From: Candidatus Heimdallarchaeota archaeon | Lineage (GTDB): Archaea; Asgardarchaeota; Heimdallarchaeia; JABLTI01 | Reading direction: 5' to 3' | DNA length: 64,000 bases | Assembly (NCBI GenBank): GCA_018238155.1 | Contig: JABCTZ010000036.1 | Location: 160,001-224,000, forward strand | Part shown: positions 59,954-64,000 of the stretch, piece after piece | Numbering within the stretch: position 1 is the first letter of the stretch | Layout of the letters: every line of letters starts with the position of its first letter | Notes under the pieces: model-generated | Told to the model about the DNA's origin: nothing | What the model saw: the letters and a program-made list of their open reading frames with translations, nothing else | Database searches by the model: none | Program-made: the position numbers and the translations under genes

Positions 59954-61516
59954 TTAGATATGATCGATTAATAGCAATTGTTCATAGCTTGGTTTCAATT
60001 GCTCGATAACTTTTTCTTGGGTTTTCTTTGCTTGTTTGCCAAGGTTTTCATATTTGATGATTATTTTTATCAATTCATCATCAGTTAATGCTCTCATTTT
60101 ATCAATATCCTCAGAGATGCTCTCAACAGTGGTTAACTCTCCTTCAGATTTGATTTCTCTACGAAGCATTGTTTTTACTTCTTGGACAGCATCATTGATT
60201 AAGTTTCGTGGAATATCGAAGAGTTCAACAAGTCTCTTTGCATCATCCAATGTAAGTATAGCAATTTCATTTTCTACATAGAACTGATCTTTTCGTAGCA
60301 CAGTTTCACCAATTAAACTGTAGAGTGTACGTAAATCAACATGAGGTGTTTTTTCTGGATCATGAATATCAATCAGTGATTTGAAAAACATGTCTCGAGT
60401 AACTTTTTTACGAGCATATGCTTCAGATTCTCCTGCTTTCAATGAATTTGGTATGGACAAATCAGCAAGTAATCCGATGAAATGGATAGCTAGTTTACTG
60501 ACACCTTTAGAGCCAAATGCTTTTGTCTTTTCAAGTAAAGAGACAAGCGCTGGATTTGCAGTCATATTATTTAGACAGAGCGTGAGATGTTCTTTGAACA
60601 TATCTTCAACGATTTTTACTCGTTCATGTTTTGTTCTTGCTGGCCATAAAACTTCGGGAATACGGTTGATTATTGGTTGCGCTTCTTCACCGAAGACACT
60701 CAAGGGAGCATTTGAAGTAAAGATCATTGCACCATCTATAAAAGCAGGACGACCTTGAATACTGTATTTAATTCCACTTGGATCTTCCAAGAAACCCATT
60801 AATGCTTCAAGGAAATTCAATGGTAATCTTTGAATTTCGTTTACAACAACAAAACCTTGAGAGAGAACACCTACTTTGTGTGCCATTGGAGAGAAGGTAG
60901 TACTTGTTTCTCCTCCAAATAGTTGCTCAAGATTTTCTACACCTGCAAGAAGCATGTAAAGACCTTCTGGATCATTTCTGGGGTCAATTTGTGCTACATT
61001 GACAACTGTTTTTTCTGCTTTAACTGCATGTAATGCTTTGACCATCATTGCAGATTCTACTTTAGCAACATCTGAACTTTTATTCAGATTAATGTCTGAA
61101 CCTGTAACTTTCTTGAGTGATTCGCTTATAGTCTTTTGACAGAAAGGACAAAGACTCTTCAAGACTCCTGCAGAAGCTTTGGGATCCTTTTCAAAGGATT
61201 CAGCAATATGAATGAGATATCCGGCGTCTTCATTGAATGGGCAGTTATTAATGTGCCATTTCTTTTCATTGATTTCATGAGTAAGATGCTTAAGCATAAC
61301 TCTCGCAAAAAGAGTTTTAGCTTCACCTGTAGGTCCAATTAGAAGCACTTTGCCTGAAACTGCTATCTTATCCATGACAATACCTTTTGAGTGTTCATTT
61401 CCACGAACTGCTGGATCGTCATTAATTCGTTTTCTTAGTTCGGGGTCATTCAAAAGTCTTCTAACAGAGCACCCAGAATACCCTTTTTTCGCTAAAGAGG
61501 CAATTGTTACTAACAT
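59954..61516 (-). CDS. AAA+ ATPase (PrkA/YeaG- or Mg-chelatase/MoxR-related)
   Basis: Walker A GPTGEAKT, Walker B VVVNE, sensor-1 FTSN, Arg finger NR; 'CPFNED...LCPFC' insert. Confidence 0.82.
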   Translation of the reverse strand: MLVTIASLAKKGYSGCSVRRLLNDPELRKRINDDPAVRGNEHSKGIVMDKIAVSGKVLLIGPTGEAKTLFARVMLKHLTHEINEKKWHINNCPFNEDAGYLIHIAESFEKDPKASAGVLKSLCPFCQKTISESLKKVTGSDINLNKSSDVAKVESAMMVKALHAVKAEKTVVNVAQIDPRNDPEGLYMLLAGVENLEQLFGGETSTTFSPMAHKVGVLSQGFVVVNEIQRLPLNFLEALMGFLEDPSGIKYSIQGRPAFIDGAMIFTSNAPLSVFGEEAQPIINRIPEVLWPARTKHERVKIVEDMFKEHLTLCLNNMTANPALVSLLEKTKAFGSKGVSKLAIHFIGLLADLSIPNSLKAGESEAYARKKVTRDMFFKSLIDIHDPEKTPHVDLRTLYSLIGETVLRKDQFYVENEIAILTLDDAKRLVELFDIPRNLINDAVQEVKTMLRREIKSEGELTTVESISEDIDKMRALTDDELIKIIIKYENLGKQAKKTQEKVIEQLKPSYEQLLLIDHI

Positions 61517-61563
61517 TTTTCGTTACACTTCCAAAATTATCTATTGTTCTTCTATTTTTAAAT

Positions 61564-62118
61564 TTATTTTTTCTCTCGTTTAGATTTTTTTGCTTTCAGT
61601 TTCGATGATTCTTTTTTCTTCAACATTTTTGGTTTTATTCCTAAAACTTCAATGTAATCATCTAACCAGTTAAAACAGCTGAGTATATCTTCTGTTTTAT
61701 TTTCATGTATTTCCATTACATTCCATAATCTATCCGTTAATCTGATTAAGGAATAAGCTTCGATTATTTCTGAAGATGTTAAAGCAATAGCTTTATCTGC
61801 ATTGTAACTAGCAATCAATACTGGAATGTTTTTTGTAGCTTCATTCCAAACAAAATATTCCCAGAGATATTCCTTAATTCGAGAGAGTTCTTTCGTTTTT
61901 GTAGAGTTAATTAAGAATACAGTACCATCAGTTTTTTTGAGAAGAGCTTCACGTAAGCCGCTCTCGTAATCTGGTTCTTCCAAAGAAAAAGTATGTGTTG
62001 GTATTTTTTCTTTTGGATCCTTTACAGATTCTTTTATAACATCCACTATATAATCTCTCGTTTCCGATTTTTCTCCAATAAATAGAATATGTTTTGGCGG
62101 TTTAGTACGTTTGAACAT
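61564..62118 (-). CDS. Degenerate Arf-like protein (pseudo-GTPase)
   Basis: C-terminal half aligns by eye to Arf ('TDGTVFLINS...IPVLI...EIIEAYSL...DRLWNV...FNWL'), but G1, G3 and G4 are lost. Confidence 0.65.
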   Translation of the reverse strand: MFKRTKPPKHILFIGEKSETRDYIVDVIKESVKDPKEKIPTHTFSLEEPDYESGLREALLKKTDGTVFLINSTKTKELSRIKEYLWEYFVWNEATKNIPVLIASYNADKAIALTSSEIIEAYSLIRLTDRLWNVMEIHENKTEDILSCFNWLDDYIEVLGIKPKMLKKKESSKLKAKKSKREKK

Positions 62119-62388
62119 TTATTTCACTTCATCTTTTCCTTTGTAGTTGATAAAACCGCTATTGCAAGGATTTATCCTGTATTTAACTCCTCTAACAATA
62201 ATAATATCGTTTCAAATGATTATTTGCTAATAAATGATTTTGTTATTCTTTTTTTATTTTCATCAATAACACCCTATAAATTCATTTCTGTCAATAATTG
62301 ACTGTAAAATTATTAAAGGATTATTCTAGTAAACATTAAATACATAAAAAGTATCTAAATATATTACCTAGCAAAAAATTGTTTTGAG

Positions 62389-63075
62389 ATGATTCTGTTG
62401 TCCCAAGAAAATAATTCACCACCAGCTGAAAATTCTTTATCTTTAGAAACAAATGAACCTGGAGAAGAATTTCGATCAGTATTTGTGATACCCAAAAAAA
62501 TCAAACAAGCAAGAATTGTGATAAGTATCGCTCAAGGAATTATGGGCATATTTCTTATTGCTCTACCGACCATGTATTTTGTAAATCCTAAAAATCCTAC
62601 TACTTCATTAACAATATTTGCCATTTTAGGGTTAACCTTTGGAGTTGTATTATTGGGCCTACTCCCAACGAATATTGCTAAAACCATTAATTCCAAATTG
62701 ATTTTAGGTCAAAAAAGTGTTAGTATTAGAAACTCCTTTGGATGGAAAGTATTTCCATGGAAGGAAATTCAAGAGATTTTGATTACTGAAAAGTTAAGTA
62801 GTGACCCAAATAACCCTAAATCTATTGGAATTAGTTTGATTCGTTTTCGTACAATTACAAAAAGCACTTACTTTATGGCTGAATCGTATCCTGCTGATGA
62901 AGTTAGAGAACTTAAGAAATCAACAAAAGAAGCTTTTGCAACTGCATTATTAGGAACAGATTATTCTGTATCAGAAAAAACAGAAAGACCTTCTGTCCGT
63001 TCAAGATTTATCTATTATTATAAGGCAACAGCTAAAGCAAATCAGGTATCAATTTCCGAAAAAAATAATGAATGA
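62389..63075 (+). CDS. Two-TM membrane protein with PH-like domain
   Basis: Two TM helices, then 'VSIRNSFGWKVFPWKEIQEI' bPH-like pattern. Confidence 0.6.
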   Translation: MILLSQENNSPPAENSLSLETNEPGEEFRSVFVIPKKIKQARIVISIAQGIMGIFLIALPTMYFVNPKNPTTSLTIFAILGLTFGVVLLGLLPTNIAKTINSKLILGQKSVSIRNSFGWKVFPWKEIQEILITEKLSSDPNNPKSIGISLIRFRTITKSTYFMAESYPADEVRELKKSTKEAFATALLGTDYSVSEKTERPSVRSRFIYYYKATAKANQVSISEKNNE

Positions 63076-63139
63076 ATTATAAATAAAAAAAATCAATAAA
63101 TGAAGCATTTCGATATAATAATATCTGCTTCATTCAGGA

Positions 63140-64000
63140 TTATTTCTTCTTTTCAGCTTTCATTCTGGAAGCTGCAATGAGCTCGAATCCTTGAGCGTTA
63201 CACATTACTGGATTGTCAGGTACGACTACTTCTTCTGGTGATTTAACGATATTCTCTTTCCACATCATCTCTTTTAGAACATCACCAAAGACATAGGCTC
63301 CACCACCTGTCAATATAACTCGTTCTATCCATGCATCGGGTGGTAAAGTTCCAAGTAATCTTGAGGTTTCATCAATAATAATTTCAGAAATATTTTGAAT
63401 ATAATATTCCTTGACTTCTGAAACATCGTATTGTTGTCCACCAACCATAACAGCTTTTAGATTCTTCTCAATTGTTTTCATTAAATCGAAAGGTCTAATG
63501 ATTTTACCAGTTTGGTCCTGCAACGTTCGAGCCATACGTGTTGTTAAAGTATCAACTGCTTCCTCTAAACTACCACTTGCAGTTCTCATTAAACGCCCTT
63601 GATAAACAGTAAGGATGTCAGTAGAACCATGACCAATATCTACAATAATAGCGTCTACAGCTCTGCTTTCTCCAGAGGATTTTAAGATTTGATAGTAAGA
63701 TCCGTAAGGTTCTGGTAATACAAGACATTTTTTAACGTTGACATTGTAGTTGTGACTTTCGCCTGTAGCATCATTTTTAACGTTGATTTCCATCTCTTCA
63801 GACAAGCCCTTAGAAAGTGTGGACATCTCTTCTTGGGATGTTGCAACAGGTACTCCAGTAGCAATGAGAATTTCTTCCCCATCTCCCTTTATGAAAAGGG
63901 AGAGAGCTGCTTTAATAGCTATGACAGCATCTTTGATGCTTTTCATCTTACCTTCAGATGCTAAAGGTCGTTTGATTTCGCTTTGCAAACGAGCTAATTC
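63140..64000 (-). CDS. ParM/StbA-type actin-like ATPase (5' truncated by window edge)
   Basis: ATGVP, VLPEPYGS, VDIGHGSTD, ILTGGGA, NAQGF. Confidence 0.85.
   Translation of the reverse strand, partial: ELARLQSEIKRPLASEGKMKSIKDAVIAIKAALSLFIKGDGEEILIATGVPVATSQEEMSTLSKGLSEEMEINVKNDATGESHNYNVNVKKCLVLPEPYGSYYQILKSSGESRAVDAIIVDIGHGSTDILTVYQGRLMRTASGSLEEAVDTLTTRMARTLQDQTGKIIRPFDLMKTIEKNLKAVMVGGQQYDVSEVKEYYIQNISEIIIDETSRLLGTLPPDAWIERVILTGGGAYVFGDVLKEMMWKENIVKSPEEVVVPDNPVMCNAQGFELIAASRMKAEKKK

Overview
AT-rich archaeal chromosomal segment, almost certainly from an Asgard archaeon; Heimdallarchaeia is a guess. Archaeal markers are aIF2-alpha/Nop10, RpoN, AglB/STT3 and BHB-intron tRNAs. Eukaryote-signature-like proteins include Arf-family GTPases and uDENN/longin, roadblock, V4R and MPN domains. 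Housekeeping genes (asnS, pyk, trmJ, dUTPase, SSB, AlkD-like) and amino-acid/peptide catabolism genes (clostripain, proline-dehydrogenase-like pair, tdh/kbl, ADP-forming acyl-CoA synthetase beta) are interleaved with signalling-like modules. Best candidates for undescribed systems: (1) a minus-strand operon encoding a degenerate Arf-like pseudo-GTPase, an AAA+ ATPase, a vWA protein, a divergent SpoVR/YcgB-like protein and a HEAT-repeat protein, with a roadblock gene downstream (55.3-62.1 kb); (2) a uDENN/longin + Arf GTPase + translationally coupled 7TM operon (8.5-10.5 kb); (3) a multi-TM-longin-methyltransferase fusion next to its stand-alone methyltransferase paralog (44.1-46.7 kb). RNA-level items: a two-intron tRNA-Trp with C/D-box motifs, a putative C/D sRNA-tRNA-Gly dicistron, and a palindromic operator shared by two distant loci. 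No CRISPR array, rRNA or transposase was seen. All family assignments are by-eye motif recognition, not database searches.
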